Shown here in pieces: positions 37,825 through 48,699 of a DNA stretch of 64,000 nucleotides. The stretch is from IMG/VR virus record IMGVR_UViG_3300035703_002708. One strand, given 5' to 3'. Both the position numbers and the translations under genes were made by a program. Below the pieces are notes generated by a model. That model searched no databases. It was not told the origin of the DNA and saw only the letters and a list, made by a program, of their open reading frames with translations. Position 1 is the stretch's first letter. Each line of letters begins with the position of its first letter. Source of the DNA: a virus. Lineage: Duplodnaviria > Caudoviricetes.

Positions 37825-38248
37825 AGTAGGAAACGATTATCAGTGGGGTCATTGTCATTTCTTTGCGAGATATGTAAAGAAAGTATTCCAAAAGTTATTA
37901 TCAAACAAAGAAATAAAGTTTTATTTGTTGTTGGCGAATAGAATTGATGACGATGATGAAGTGATTGATGAGGTATTGATACATGCTTACTTGAAAATTG
38001 ATGATTACTATATTGATTCCGAAGGTGTGTTTGATAAAGAAGAGACCGAAAGAAGAGTTATGGAGTGGGCGGATAGAGAAAAAGACTTAACACCAGATGG
38101 GTATGACTTTGAAACTTGGGAAGATGTCACAGACGAAATTCCTGAAATATTTTTTAATAGGTTTTGTTCAACCAAACATTTGGAACAAGATGTAAAACAA
38201 TTTATGAAACGACCTGATATTGTGTCGTTAATAAAATCTTTAAAATAA
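37814..38248 (+). CDS. putative papain/transglutaminase-like enzyme
   Basis: GHCHFFA (Cys), IHAY (His), YIDSEG (Asp) in triad order. Confidence 0.45.
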   Translation: MEYKVGNDYQWGHCHFFARYVKKVFQKLLSNKEIKFYLLLANRIDDDDEVIDEVLIHAYLKIDDYYIDSEGVFDKEETERRVMEWADREKDLTPDGYDFETWEDVTDEIPEIFFNRFCSTKHLEQDVKQFMKRPDIVSLIKSLK

Positions 38249-38298
38249 TTTTGTTTATTAGAAAACTTTGCATACCTTTGTTAATTAAATAAAAGGTC

Positions 38299-38511
38299 AT
38301 GGAAATATTCAATCAATTTGGAAGGTTCTTGGGTTCTATCATCCGTACATCGGTTTGGTTTGCCATATTCATCATAGTGTTTGCCATCTACTTCATTCTA
38401 TCAAATTTTGTGGAGTTGGTAATCTTCGGTGCCACCTGTATGGGTTTTTACCTTGTATATAAGGGGGCAAATGTTTATTTCGACTACATTAGGAAGAAAT
38501 ATAACTTATAA
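38299..38511 (+). CDS. small membrane protein
   Basis: Two hydrophobic helices; TTTG-N19-TACCTTTG promoter at 38250-38280. Confidence 0.65.
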   Translation: MEIFNQFGRFLGSIIRTSVWFAIFIIVFAIYFILSNFVELVIFGATCMGFYLVYKGANVYFDYIRKKYNL

Positions 38512-38539
38512 TGAGATATTTATTATTAAAAATTTGTTA

Positions 38540-39634
38540 ATGAAACTTTTGGATATATTGAAAGAAAGTGTTGCGAATGACCCTATTTTTGAAAAGTGGT
38601 CAGAAAAGTATAAGAAAAGTATTAATTGTAAAAATCCAAAAGGGTTCTCACAGCGTGCTCATTGTCAAGGAAGAAAGAAAAAATTACAAGAGGATGAAGA
38701 AACATCAGACGCAGAAAAAATCAATTATGTTAATGATTACTCTTTCGATAAATTACGTAAAACAGATAAATACACAACATTCATGGGTTTAGATAAGGAG
38801 TATAACCCAGACCCCAATAAAGAAATAACTCTGACTCATGGTGAAGACATATACAAATTCAGTCCTAAGGATTTGAATTTGAGTTTTTATGATAAAAAAA
38901 ATGTTTTCACCCCAAATCAAAAAGTAAAAAACAGAGGGGAAAAACCGACTTTCGACTCAAGAAATTTCAAACAAGCACTTCAAACAATTTTTCCAGGAAA
39001 TTGGCATTCAGATAATCAAGAATTTACACCTGGTCTGAGAGGTATTCATCCTTTTGACGAAGACGACGATTGGTCAATTTTGAATTTTTTTGATACGAAC
39101 CCTCACAGGATGAGAGAATTGAATATATTATTTACCGCATCTGATGACACAGACCCGATTCTGTGGTTAAAAAAATTTCTTAACGATAACGAAAATCCTG
39201 CGTTGAGAAATATGTTAAGAAAACAAAAAAATGCTGTAGGTCGTTCAGACAAGGTTGAAAAAGACGCAATGTCTTTGATTACCAATAACATTCAAACATT
39301 CCCAAAAGGACATAAGAAAGATAGGTACGATGCTATTGATGCAATTGACTTAAATACAAATCTTACTTATCAAATCAAAGCGACACAAAGTGTAGAAGAA
39401 ATGGTTGATGAAGATACTGCAGAAATTATTTATGTTATCAAAGGAGATAAAAGTAGATTCAAAGATTATAAGAATAAAAAAGAATTAAATAAAATATTGT
39501 ACTACATACCCAAAAAAAATAAGGCTTATGTATTCGATAATGATAATTACAAAGTTATTTCTAACGATGAAGTAATACATTATGGTGTTCCTACAGAATA
39601 TACAAAAAAACCTTCTGATTTGAAAAAAAAATAA
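38540..39634 (+). CDS. ILKE-leader protein with CKNPKGFSQRAHC module
   Basis: MKLLDILKES; TATTTAT at 38517. Confidence 0.7.
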   Translation: MKLLDILKESVANDPIFEKWSEKYKKSINCKNPKGFSQRAHCQGRKKKLQEDEETSDAEKINYVNDYSFDKLRKTDKYTTFMGLDKEYNPDPNKEITLTHGEDIYKFSPKDLNLSFYDKKNVFTPNQKVKNRGEKPTFDSRNFKQALQTIFPGNWHSDNQEFTPGLRGIHPFDEDDDWSILNFFDTNPHRMRELNILFTASDDTDPILWLKKFLNDNENPALRNMLRKQKNAVGRSDKVEKDAMSLITNNIQTFPKGHKKDRYDAIDAIDLNTNLTYQIKATQSVEEMVDEDTAEIIYVIKGDKSRFKDYKNKKELNKILYYIPKKNKAYVFDNDNYKVISNDEVIHYGVPTEYTKKPSDLKKK

Positions 39635-39682
39635 TTTCCTATGTCACAAATATTATCTAAATTTGTGACATAACAAAAATAT

Positions 39683-39910
39683 ATGTCATTACTCGAAGAT
39701 TTCGCCGATTTAAGAAGCAGAATGAACCAAGAAGGTTTCCATTACTGTTTTAAACATTATTCAAGTTTCTCAGATATAGATGACCAAGAGTTTCATAAAT
39801 TACGAAAAGCGTATTTATCTGCAGCAGACAAACTCGAAAAATATATCGTTGACAAAGCCGAACAATTTTATTTAGGTGGAGATGTAGAATTTGACGACGA
39901 ACAATTTTAA
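39683..39910 (+). CDS. hypothetical protein
   Basis: 75-aa ORF after TAAATTTG (39658). Confidence 0.6.
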   Translation: MSLLEDFADLRSRMNQEGFHYCFKHYSSFSDIDDQEFHKLRKAYLSAADKLEKYIVDKAEQFYLGGDVEFDDEQF

Positions 39911-39978
39911 CAATCTCTTAACACATATTTCACATTTTATCAATTTACTTTTTTTGTTGAACCTCCTAAATTTGGGTC

Positions 39979-40293
39979 GTGTTAAAAAAACTATTAATTT
40001 TTTGTCTATTTTTACTATCTGCAACAGGGTTTTCACAAATTTGGAAACCTATAAAAAACTCAATTCAGGCAGATTACTTAATTTATCAAACTAATATTAA
40101 AGAAGAAGCGGACATAATCGCTTTCGAGGTCGAATCAGAACTTGGATGTACGAAACCTGGTATGATTTACCTCGCGCCAATTTATTACTCAAGAGGTAAA
40201 AAAGTAACATTCGTTTGTCACAAAGAAGAGGCAGACCTAATAGTATATTGGACAAAAAATAAAAACGAAGTCAAATGGAAAATAAACAAATAA
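39979..40293 (+). CDS. secreted DUF6150-like repeat protein
   Basis: Signal peptide; repeated ADYLIY/ADIIAF/ADLIVY. Confidence 0.55.
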   Translation: MLKKLLIFCLFLLSATGFSQIWKPIKNSIQADYLIYQTNIKEEADIIAFEVESELGCTKPGMIYLAPIYYSRGKKVTFVCHKEEADLIVYWTKNKNEVKWKINK

Positions 40294-40303
40294 CCAATTA
40301 AAT

Positions 40304-43300
40304 ATGAAAACAATTATTAATCTTATCAAAAACAAAGTCTCGTTAGTCACGGGTCTTATTTTGATGTCCATATTAAGTTATGGGCAAATGTCATTAACAA
40401 CAACGGGGGTTGCTGTAACACAAAATTTTAACTCAATAGGAAATACCGCTACCGCTAGTTTACCATCGGGATTTAGACTTGGACAAAACGTGGCTTATTC
40501 ATCAGGTGTTTCCAATACTACAGCCGCGGCAGGAACCTCAGGTGCTGGTATAATTGCAACAACTGGTGGGTATTACAATTTTGGAGATGGTGTCAATTCA
40601 TCATCAACTGATAGGTCTGTCGGAGTTCTTACTTCTAGTGGATTTATTTCCCCAAGAGATTTGATGTTACAAATTCAGAACAACACTGGTGGAATCGTTA
40701 CTGATTTGGCTTTAACCTTTAAATACGAAAAATATAGGTCAGGTACGAGAATGTTTGACATCAAGTTTTTTGTTGGAACCGACGGTTCAACTTGGACACC
40801 ACTAACTTCTGGTGACCAAAACTATCCTGCTGACGCTAATAACACGACAGTTTCCAATCCGCCAACTTCGATAACTAAAAACATCAATGTGACAGGTTTG
40901 AACATCACAAATGGAGGTTTTTATTACTTGAAATGGTCTATTATTGGTAATGGTGGTTCATCAAATGGACAAGCTTTAGGTCTTGATGATATTTCAGTGA
41001 CACCAACAACACCACAACCATCAATATCTATTTCATCAATACCTAATTTCTCAACTATCGGTGGAGTTACCGCACCTATTCAATCATACACAGTATCTGG
41101 TGCAAACCTCATTCAAAATCTTACAATACAACCATTCAATTCTAATTTTGAAATCTCGACAGACGGAGTAAATTTTAGTGCCGGTGCAATTTTATTAACC
41201 CAATCAGGAGGAGTTGTTAATCCAACCACGATTTATGTAAAAATGGTTCCAACCACTGTAGGAACATTTACAGGTTCTATTTCACATAGTTCAAGTGGTG
41301 CAACATTACAGACACAAAATTTAACTGGTACTGTTGTTCCATCAACTTGGTATTCTGTTGCTTCAGGAAATATTAATGGTGCCGCAGTTTGGTCATCAAC
41401 ACCAACAGGAAGTCCTGACCCAATTGCTTATTCTAAATTCAGAACAGATGTAAGTTTGATTATTCAAAACGGACACACAATCGCACTTCCCTCATCATTG
41501 GGTGCTACAAACGTAAAAGATTTGACAATAAATTCAGGTGGTAAGTTATGGAGAAATTCATCATCAACCGCTAATATGGTCTATTTAAATGTTTATGGAA
41601 ATATCGTAAATAACGGAGAGATTGGTAATGGAACTACTTTTGATGCTTGTGGATTCAACATCGAAGGAAATTGTTCGGTCCAAGGAACAGGTATTTTCAA
41701 TTTAGGTCGTGTAAGAAAAAACACAACTTCACCAATATCTTCACTAACAATCCAAACTGACTCAGTTAATGTTAGATTCCCTGGTCTTGCACTTTATAAT
41801 GCTGTAGACAACACATCACTTACCGTTACAGTTCCAACAGGAAAAAAACTTTTACTTCCTCAAGGAGAGTTTTCTTTGACCTCAACAAACGGTACTGGTA
41901 ATAATTCTAATATGATTGTTTCTGTTAACGGAACCTTCACCGCACTTGGTTCAGGAACATCATATATCATCAATTTATCTACCCTATCAATACCATCGGC
42001 ACCTGTTGATAACACAAACCCTTGTTCATTTACTATGAATATCGGCTCAAAAGTTAGTATCAGAAACTTGGATATTAGACAAACTACAGTATCTAATTTA
42101 AATATCAATGGGGGTAACTTATCTGTATTCGGAACTATGCGAGTTTTTGCGGGTTCAGTTTCAACCAACAATTGTTTAACAATAGAAAATGGTGGTAACT
42201 TACTTTCGGGTACAGGTTTTACATACCCATACGTACCTTCAGGTGGTGTTGTTACAGGAAATGTTAAAGTTAGAAAAACAGGTAATACAGGTTTTGGTGA
42301 ATATAACTTTTGGTCATCACCAATTACAAATGCAACTTTAAATACCATAACTCAAAATGGTTCTTTAGCAGGTTCTCCTTTGAACACTTATGAGTATAAT
42401 CCAACTTTAGTTACAACAGAAATTCAAGACGGATGGGTAAATGTTTCTCCATCATCAACTATGTCAGTTGGTAAAGGTTATATCACAACAGGGGCGGGTT
42501 CTGTCGTATTTAATGGACCTGTAAATGATGGCACGGTAAATGCTCCAACACAGCAAGGAATTGGAACCAACTTTAATTTGGTTGGTAACCCATATCCATC
42601 ATCATTAACATCATCTACTTTTTTGACAACAAATGGTATTTCTGCTCTTTATCTTTGGGACGACGACGCATCCAATGGAGTTGATTATCAAAGTGGAGAC
42701 TATATTGTTGTTGGAACTCTAGGTGTCGTATCAGGAAGTCAATCAACACCATCACCAACAATTAACTCAATTTCACCTTGTCAGGGATTTTTCGTTCAAA
42801 CAAACTCATCATCTGTTACCTTTAATAACACTATGAGAAGTTCAGGAACTTCTACATTCTTCGAGGAAGACCCAATTCAAAGATTTTGGTTAAATGCAGT
42901 TTCACCTTCACAAGATTACAAAGAAACTCTAATAGCATTTAAAGAAGACGCAACCTTCAATAAAGATACTGCTTATGACGCTGAGGTGTTCGGTTCTATC
43001 CCTAATCCACAATTTGATTTTTGGTCAAAGTCTCAGGATGATTTTAATTTGACAATTCAAGCAATTCCAAACACAGGATTCGATATGGAAATTCCACTCG
43101 GTTTCAATTCACAAGAACTCGGTGAACACGTAATTTCTTTGGGTAATGTAGAAAATTTGGATGGAACAACTTTGTTTATTTTGGAAGATAAAACATTAAA
43201 CCTATTTCATTCATTAAGACAATCTCCATACATTTTCTCTATCACTCAACCTGAATTGGGTGACGATAGATTTGTTTTACATATCAAAAAACCTGTGAGT

Positions 43301-43981
43301 GTTAATGGTGGTTTAACAAATTGTATCGGAACAGGTGGAGATATTGTAATAGATGGTTCAAGTGATTGGACATACCTTGTAAATGACCAAGTTGGACAAC
43401 TTAATGACACTTTGGTCACTACTATAGAAAATTTGGCAGCGGGTGATTATTTAGTATATCTTTACCACGGCTCATATGTTATAACAAAATCAGTTACAAT
43501 TGGAAGTTCAACACCAGTAAGTATTAATATTAATAACTTCATTTCACCTTTAGTGGTGGGAGAACCTTTTACACTCTCATTCGAAGTGGAAGGGGCGTTT
43601 AATCCACAGATTTGGTACGGTGATGAATCAGATATAACTGAATCACCTATCCATACTTATAATGAACCAGGTGTTTATGTTATTACAATAATCGCTTCAA
43701 ACGACTACTGCTCAGGTATCGGACAAATCGAAGTTTCCGTAATTGGTCAGACAACATCAATTGACAATCCAACATTTAATTACGATTTTTATCCAAACCC
43801 CGCTAATCACATCATCAATTTCAAATCATACCAACAAAAAACAATCGTTGTATATAATTCAGTTGGTCAAGTGGTAAAAAATGAATTGGTTACAAATCAG
43901 TTATCATTAGAAGATTTGAATGAAGGTGTGTATATTTTATTAGTGGATGGAAAGACACACAAATTAATCGTAAATAAATGA
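40304..43981 (+). CDS. large T9SS type-A sorted surface protein (1225 aa)
   Basis: Signal peptide; beta-rich passenger; PKD; C-terminal FYPNPAN...VVYNSVGQVV...LEDLNEGVYILLV...KLIVNK. Confidence 0.92.
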   Translation: MKTIINLIKNKVSLVTGLILMSILSYGQMSLTTTGVAVTQNFNSIGNTATASLPSGFRLGQNVAYSSGVSNTTAAAGTSGAGIIATTGGYYNFGDGVNSSSTDRSVGVLTSSGFISPRDLMLQIQNNTGGIVTDLALTFKYEKYRSGTRMFDIKFFVGTDGSTWTPLTSGDQNYPADANNTTVSNPPTSITKNINVTGLNITNGGFYYLKWSIIGNGGSSNGQALGLDDISVTPTTPQPSISISSIPNFSTIGGVTAPIQSYTVSGANLIQNLTIQPFNSNFEISTDGVNFSAGAILLTQSGGVVNPTTIYVKMVPTTVGTFTGSISHSSSGATLQTQNLTGTVVPSTWYSVASGNINGAAVWSSTPTGSPDPIAYSKFRTDVSLIIQNGHTIALPSSLGATNVKDLTINSGGKLWRNSSSTANMVYLNVYGNIVNNGEIGNGTTFDACGFNIEGNCSVQGTGIFNLGRVRKNTTSPISSLTIQTDSVNVRFPGLALYNAVDNTSLTVTVPTGKKLLLPQGEFSLTSTNGTGNNSNMIVSVNGTFTALGSGTSYIINLSTLSIPSAPVDNTNPCSFTMNIGSKVSIRNLDIRQTTVSNLNINGGNLSVFGTMRVFAGSVSTNNCLTIENGGNLLSGTGFTYPYVPSGGVVTGNVKVRKTGNTGFGEYNFWSSPITNATLNTITQNGSLAGSPLNTYEYNPTLVTTEIQDGWVNVSPSSTMSVGKGYITTGAGSVVFNGPVNDGTVNAPTQQGIGTNFNLVGNPYPSSLTSSTFLTTNGISALYLWDDDASNGVDYQSGDYIVVGTLGVVSGSQSTPSPTINSISPCQGFFVQTNSSSVTFNNTMRSSGTSTFFEEDPIQRFWLNAVSPSQDYKETLIAFKEDATFNKDTAYDAEVFGSIPNPQFDFWSKSQDDFNLTIQAIPNTGFDMEIPLGFNSQELGEHVISLGNVENLDGTTLFILEDKTLNLFHSLRQSPYIFSITQPELGDDRFVLHIKKPVSVNGGLTNCIGTGGDIVIDGSSDWTYLVNDQVGQLNDTLVTTIENLAAGDYLVYLYHGSYVITKSVTIGSSTPVSININNFISPLVVGEPFTLSFEVEGAFNPQIWYGDESDITESPIHTYNEPGVYVITIIASNDYCSGIGQIEVSVIGQTTSIDNPTFNYDFYPNPANHIINFKSYQQKTIVVYNSVGQVVKNELVTNQLSLEDLNEGVYILLVDGKTHKLIVNK

Positions 43982-44361
43982 AAAAAATCCTTTTAAGTGT
44001 TTTAATAACACTATGTTCTTTAATTTCTTATTCTCAAAATGTTTTTCAAAAGGCTTATGACGCATCAATCGGAACAAGAGAAGATGCTAATAGTCCTGTT
44101 GAATGGTATGTAAAAAATAAAGAAGTTGATATTCTGATTTGTTATGAAAATGACAAAGTTAAGATTTTTGCTGATGAAACAAAAACCTACCGCTCAATCA
44201 AAGTTGTAGAAGATAATGAAGATTATACAAATTGGTTGATGGTTGATGATAAGGGACTGAAATGTTTTTTATCTGTTGGAGTTCATAAAGAGACAAAGTT
44301 ATCTTATTTGAAGATAGAATATGTTGACACTGTGGTTCTGTATTTTACTAAACCAAACTAA
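43978..44361 (+). CDS. small secreted protein
   Basis: Signal peptide ending SYS-Q. Confidence 0.6.
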   Translation: MKKILLSVLITLCSLISYSQNVFQKAYDASIGTREDANSPVEWYVKNKEVDILICYENDKVKIFADETKTYRSIKVVEDNEDYTNWLMVDDKGLKCFLSVGVHKETKLSYLKIEYVDTVVLYFTKPN

Positions 44362-44367
44362 TTTTCG

Positions 44368-44403
44368 GGTCTGTGTGGTATTTATCTACACAGACCTTTT
44401 TTA
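44368..44403 (+). terminator. terminator hairpin with TATTTAT in its loop
   Basis: GGTCTGTGT/ACACAGACC plus T-run; loop GGTATTTATCT. Confidence 0.75.
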
Positions 44404-44406
44404 TAA

Positions 44407-45140
44407 ATGAAAACAGGATATCGTATTGCGGACTTAGTCCAAAGAATTATTGACAAGAAAAAAGAAAAATACCAATTTATAAAAAAAATTGAGATTTTAT
44501 ACAGAGAGAACATAGACACATATATGATTTATATATCGGTTAATAGGACCGATTTATTAGAAGAATATGAAAAGTTTTTATCTGACACGCCAACTGGATA
44601 TTGGTATCACAAATTCAAAAACATCATAAAACATTCCCTTTCTGAACCGACTAATAATTATTATGGCATACTCACTTTTGCGGATGTTGATGAAATAGAT
44701 GAAATTCGCGGACATATAACCAAAATATTCCAAATGAGTGAAGTCCCTGAGGCGTATTTAGATTTTAGAGTAATATTAGAAGAATGAAAAGTTACGGAAT
44801 TAATATAGAATTATTAAAAAAACTTATTGATAAATTAATAATCAGTAAGACAGAATTGTTTCAAGGATATGAAATCAATATGGATGATAATGGAAAAAAA
44901 ATTTTCATATTCATGACATTTTATTTTGACAATAGAAAATTAGCATCTTTTGAAGATGAATACTACGAAAACCTCACTCAACAATACGGAGATTTGGATA
45001 ATGTACCTGAAGAAGAATATAGGTATTGCGATGATTATATTAGAACTGAAATGTTATATGCACCGATACATAGATTACTTTTTTCAGTTATGGGATATGA
45101 CAAAACTAAATACAGATTGAATATTGAAACTGTAGAATAA
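44407..45140 (+). other. two hypothetical CDS (44407-44787, 44784-45140), KYDW-like family
   Basis: KEKYQFIKKIEI; downstream of TATTTAT at 44379. Confidence 0.6.
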
Positions 45141-45150
45141 TTAGTTATAT

Positions 45151-46214
45151 TTGTATTCACAAATGAGAGAAATAGATAACTTAATTGTTTTAGACAAATC
45201 ACAAATAAAAAAACGTATTGAAAGTTTGAAAGTTCTTAGAAAAAAGGCGGTGGAAGAACAAACTTTTGAAATTGCTCAGTGGATTGATGGTAAAATTGAA
45301 TCTCTGAAATCTATATTGACTGATTGTGAGAGTTTGGAGACTTTTGTAACGGAATCATTTGATAAGGGGTGGGAATTATGTAGTCAATTAAATGTTAATT
45401 ACAGTCAATCTTTGAACGAACATTTAGAACAAATCACATTAAAACAAACACATGACGACTAAAGGTAAATTACATAAAGTTGATGAAAATTGGATGGTCA
45501 GATTGATTGAAGATAAAATGTCTGATTGTAAATTACATCCAAAGAATATAAATTTTGTTGAATCATTACTAACAGAAAACAAAATTAAAGAAGGTCAAGA
45601 ACTAAATTTTCACGTAGGAATTGATTGTCTAAAAGATTGTATGGGTTTATGTGGCGAATGTGATGGTATGCAAAAATACGCAACTTTAAGTGAATTAGAT
45701 TATAAGTAATATGAAAGGTAAATTACATAAAAAAGGTGACCATTGGGTGATTAGATATAAAATGGAGGATGACCTAATCGCAACCGATGGCGGAGAATTG
45801 TCATTACACCCTGAAGATACCGATGAAATGTTGTTTTGTTTTCAAGGAAGGGAAGTTGATTTTGAGATAGTTCCACATATGCATGACACATTTGTTGCTA
45901 AGGTTATTTATGGTGAGCCAAAAGTAAGTGATGACTTCCAAATAGGTCCTGATGGGGCTTACGAAAACGTAGATGAGTGGGACCCCGATTATGTGGATGG
46001 TCAAAACGAAGATACTTGGTTTGATGAATTAGACCTACCACCAAATTGGAAAAAACACCTAAAGAAATTCAACTTGTCTCCTGAAGTATTAAATGTTATA
46101 TGTAGATTACATTATGGTGAGACAATCGCCTTGAAACAATCTATGGAAGACCAACTTAATTGGATTCAGAAATACCACAGACTAAAAAAAGACATAAAAA
46201 ATTTGTTGGATTAG
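45151..46214 (+). other. three hypothetical CDS (45151-45462, 45452-45709, 45711-46214)
   Basis: The last two share the N-terminus KGKLHK...W.(V/I)R...LHP; TATATTTG at 45146. Confidence 0.6.
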
Positions 46215-46247
46215 AAACTTTTCCGTAGTTTTGTAAAAAATCAAACT

Positions 46248-46466
46248 ATGGAAATCAAGATTTGCTCAACCTGTCAAGGTCAAGGATTAGTAGTTGTTAA
46301 AGACCGCATCAATCTAGCCGACGAAATTAATTGTGATAAGTGTAATGGAACAGGACGTGTTATGGTAAGAACATTCACGGTTGAGGTTCCTTTTGGGTTC
46401 AATAAGTCAAAACTTACAACTGCCTGTGATACAATATTCAAAACTATTTTAGATTTGAGAAAATGA
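46248..46466 (+). CDS. DnaJ-type zinc-finger microprotein
   Basis: CSTCQGQG and CDKCNGTG motifs; TTTG-N20-TAGTTTTG promoter at 46202-46233. Confidence 0.75.
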   Translation: MEIKICSTCQGQGLVVVKDRINLADEINCDKCNGTGRVMVRTFTVEVPFGFNKSKLTTACDTIFKTILDLRK

Positions 46467-47734
46467 TTTCTGAAAAGTTAAAAAACATACCAAAATTTGC
46501 GGGTTGCTACTTATTCAAGGACGATAAGGAGCAGGTTATCTATGTTGGTATGTCAAAATACTTACCAAAAAGAGTATCATCTTATTTTCAAAAGAAACAC
46601 TCTGATTTCAAAACCAAACAATTGGTTGAAAATGCAAGAGATGTGGATTTTATGATTACATCTTCCGAGTCTGAGGCTTTATTGATGGAGGAAGAACTTA
46701 TCAAATTATACAGACCAAAGTTCAATATCAAAGGTAAGGATGATAAGTCACGTAAGTGGTCCATTTGTTTCAGTGAAGAACCATTTCCTAAGTTGGAAGT
46801 GGTGAGAAACAAAGAAGATGATAGACCAAGTTTAGATTTTACAAATGGTCTTATCTGTTATGAAATCTACGACCTTATTCACGATGCGTTTGAATTACGT
46901 AGTTGTTCTTATGAACTGACCGATGAGAATATTGAGAGTCAAAAGTTCAAAGCCTGTTTGGAGTATCAGATGAAAAGATGTCTTGCTCCTTGTTTGGGTC
47001 TTGCAACCAAGTTTCAGTATTTGAATCGTATTGAGCAAGTCAAAAGAATATTTGAGTTGAACTTCGAGAAAGTGAAATCGGACATCAAACGAGTTATGAA
47101 GTATCACTCTGGTAAATTGGAGTTCGAACTTGCACAAACACAACTACACAAACTAAAAGTTGTTGAAGAACTTGAACAAAAGTTGGAGGTTGTCAGATTG
47201 AGAAAATACAATAAGAAAGCCTTTGAAATCAAACGAGAACTAAACCTTGACAGATTACCTTTAATTATCGAGGCTTTTGACAACTCACACAATCAGGGAG
47301 ATTCAAATGTTGCAGCTTCCGTAAGGTTTGTAAATGACAGACCAAACAAGAGTGACTACCGTAAATACATTATCAAATCTTTTGAAGGTGTCAATGACTA
47401 CGCTTCATTTGAAGAGGTCCTTACTCGTAGGTTCACTCGTATGTTGAAAGAAAAAACGCAGTTACCACACCTTGTTGTTATTGATGGAGGTAAAGGTCAG
47501 TTAAATGTTGCTATCAAAGTATTCGATGCTCTCAAACTACACGACAAGATTGATTTGATTTCTATCTCCAAAGACGGTAATCACAAGTCATCACAGGTTC
47601 ACACAAGAGACGGTAAGTCATTTGGTATTATGTCAAATCCAAACTTTGTTTTGTTGTCAAAAGTTCAAGAGGAAGTCCACAGATTTGCTATCAAGTTTCA
47701 CCGAGATAAACAATCCAAAAAGTTGATATCGTAA
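46463..47734 (+). CDS. uvrC: UvrC-like excinuclease lacking C-terminal HhH
   Basis: GCYLFKD..VIYVGMSK.L.KRV.SYF; IEAFDNSH; VVIDGGKGQL; VQEEVHRFAIKFHR then stop. Confidence 0.9.
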   Translation: MISEKLKNIPKFAGCYLFKDDKEQVIYVGMSKYLPKRVSSYFQKKHSDFKTKQLVENARDVDFMITSSESEALLMEEELIKLYRPKFNIKGKDDKSRKWSICFSEEPFPKLEVVRNKEDDRPSLDFTNGLICYEIYDLIHDAFELRSCSYELTDENIESQKFKACLEYQMKRCLAPCLGLATKFQYLNRIEQVKRIFELNFEKVKSDIKRVMKYHSGKLEFELAQTQLHKLKVVEELEQKLEVVRLRKYNKKAFEIKRELNLDRLPLIIEAFDNSHNQGDSNVAASVRFVNDRPNKSDYRKYIIKSFEGVNDYASFEEVLTRRFTRMLKEKTQLPHLVVIDGGKGQLNVAIKVFDALKLHDKIDLISISKDGNHKSSQVHTRDGKSFGIMSNPNFVLLSKVQEEVHRFAIKFHRDKQSKKLIS

Positions 47735-47787
47735 TTGATATTCGGTTCAATTTTTATTATAGTTTTAACACACTAAAATGATAGATT

Positions 47788-48009
47788 ATGGAAAACGAAC
47801 TACAAATTACGACAAACGAGAAAAATGATGTTATCATCACAAACCCCAACCGAAGATTGGTTTTAGAAAACGAAATGGGGGAACAAATTAAAATTAAAAT
47901 AAAAGAAGGAAAGTTTGAGATTAAATTCCAAGACAAGAAAATTGTGATTTCAAATGGGTCATTCGAATTGAAAAACAAATCACTTCAAAAACATACTTAT
48001 TGGATTTAA
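47788..48009 (+). CDS. hypothetical protein
   Basis: 73-aa ORF. Confidence 0.5.
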   Translation: MENELQITTNEKNDVIITNPNRRLVLENEMGEQIKIKIKEGKFEIKFQDKKIVISNGSFELKNKSLQKHTYWI

Positions 48010-48177
48010 TTATTGTTTTACCAAATATTATAATCAGTGTATTTATAGTATTATGGGAAAAACAAGAAAACCACTCAAACCGAAAGGTAACAGAAGCAAC
48101 ATAGTAAGAAACACCAAAAGGATTCAAAAAAACGAACAGGTGTTATCCGAACTGAAAAAAAAGTTATCCAAGTAGTT

Positions 48178-48206
48178 AAAACCCTCCATTTAGTGAGGGT
48201 TTTTTG
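48178..48206 (+). terminator. intrinsic terminator
   Basis: AAAACCCTC/GAGGGTTTT plus T-run. Confidence 0.75.
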
Positions 48207-48239
48207 TTGCCAATTGTCAAAAATAGAATATTTATTGGG

Positions 48240-48695
48240 ATGAACCTGAAGGAATCAATTAAGAGAATACTGAAAGAGGAAAATAATATCCTCAAGTTAA
48301 GTTCATATTTGGAAGTAGAGCCTTTTTATAAATTACCATATAAGTATAAAAAATCATTAATGATATTCAGAAATGAAGGTGTAGTAAATGATGAAGATAT
48401 AAAGGAATTAATTACTGATGAATTAAAAACTAAGTTTAAATATAAATCATTTTATATTGGGGACGTTCCGATGGATTTAATAAAAGAAGAGGTCACCAAA
48501 AGATTGGATTGGGATAATTTTGAGGATTACCATAAATGGTATGGCGACAAAAAAACAGACCACGGTGACTCCATACTTCCAATAATTATAGATTTTGATG
48601 ACGAGGAATTTATTATAGATGGTTGGCACAGATTTCATTCGTATGTCAGAAAAGGATTAAATAAAATACCTGTTTTAGGAATATACAGAGATTAA
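48240..48695 (+). CDS. ILKE-leader protein with ParB/Srx-like domain
   Basis: MNLKESIKRILKE; LPIIID...IIDGWHRF; TATTTAT at 48229. Confidence 0.7.
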   Translation: MNLKESIKRILKEENNILKLSSYLEVEPFYKLPYKYKKSLMIFRNEGVVNDEDIKELITDELKTKFKYKSFYIGDVPMDLIKEEVTKRLDWDNFEDYHKWYGDKKTDHGDSILPIIIDFDDEEFIIDGWHRFHSYVRKGLNKIPVLGIYRD

Positions 48696-48699
48696 AATT

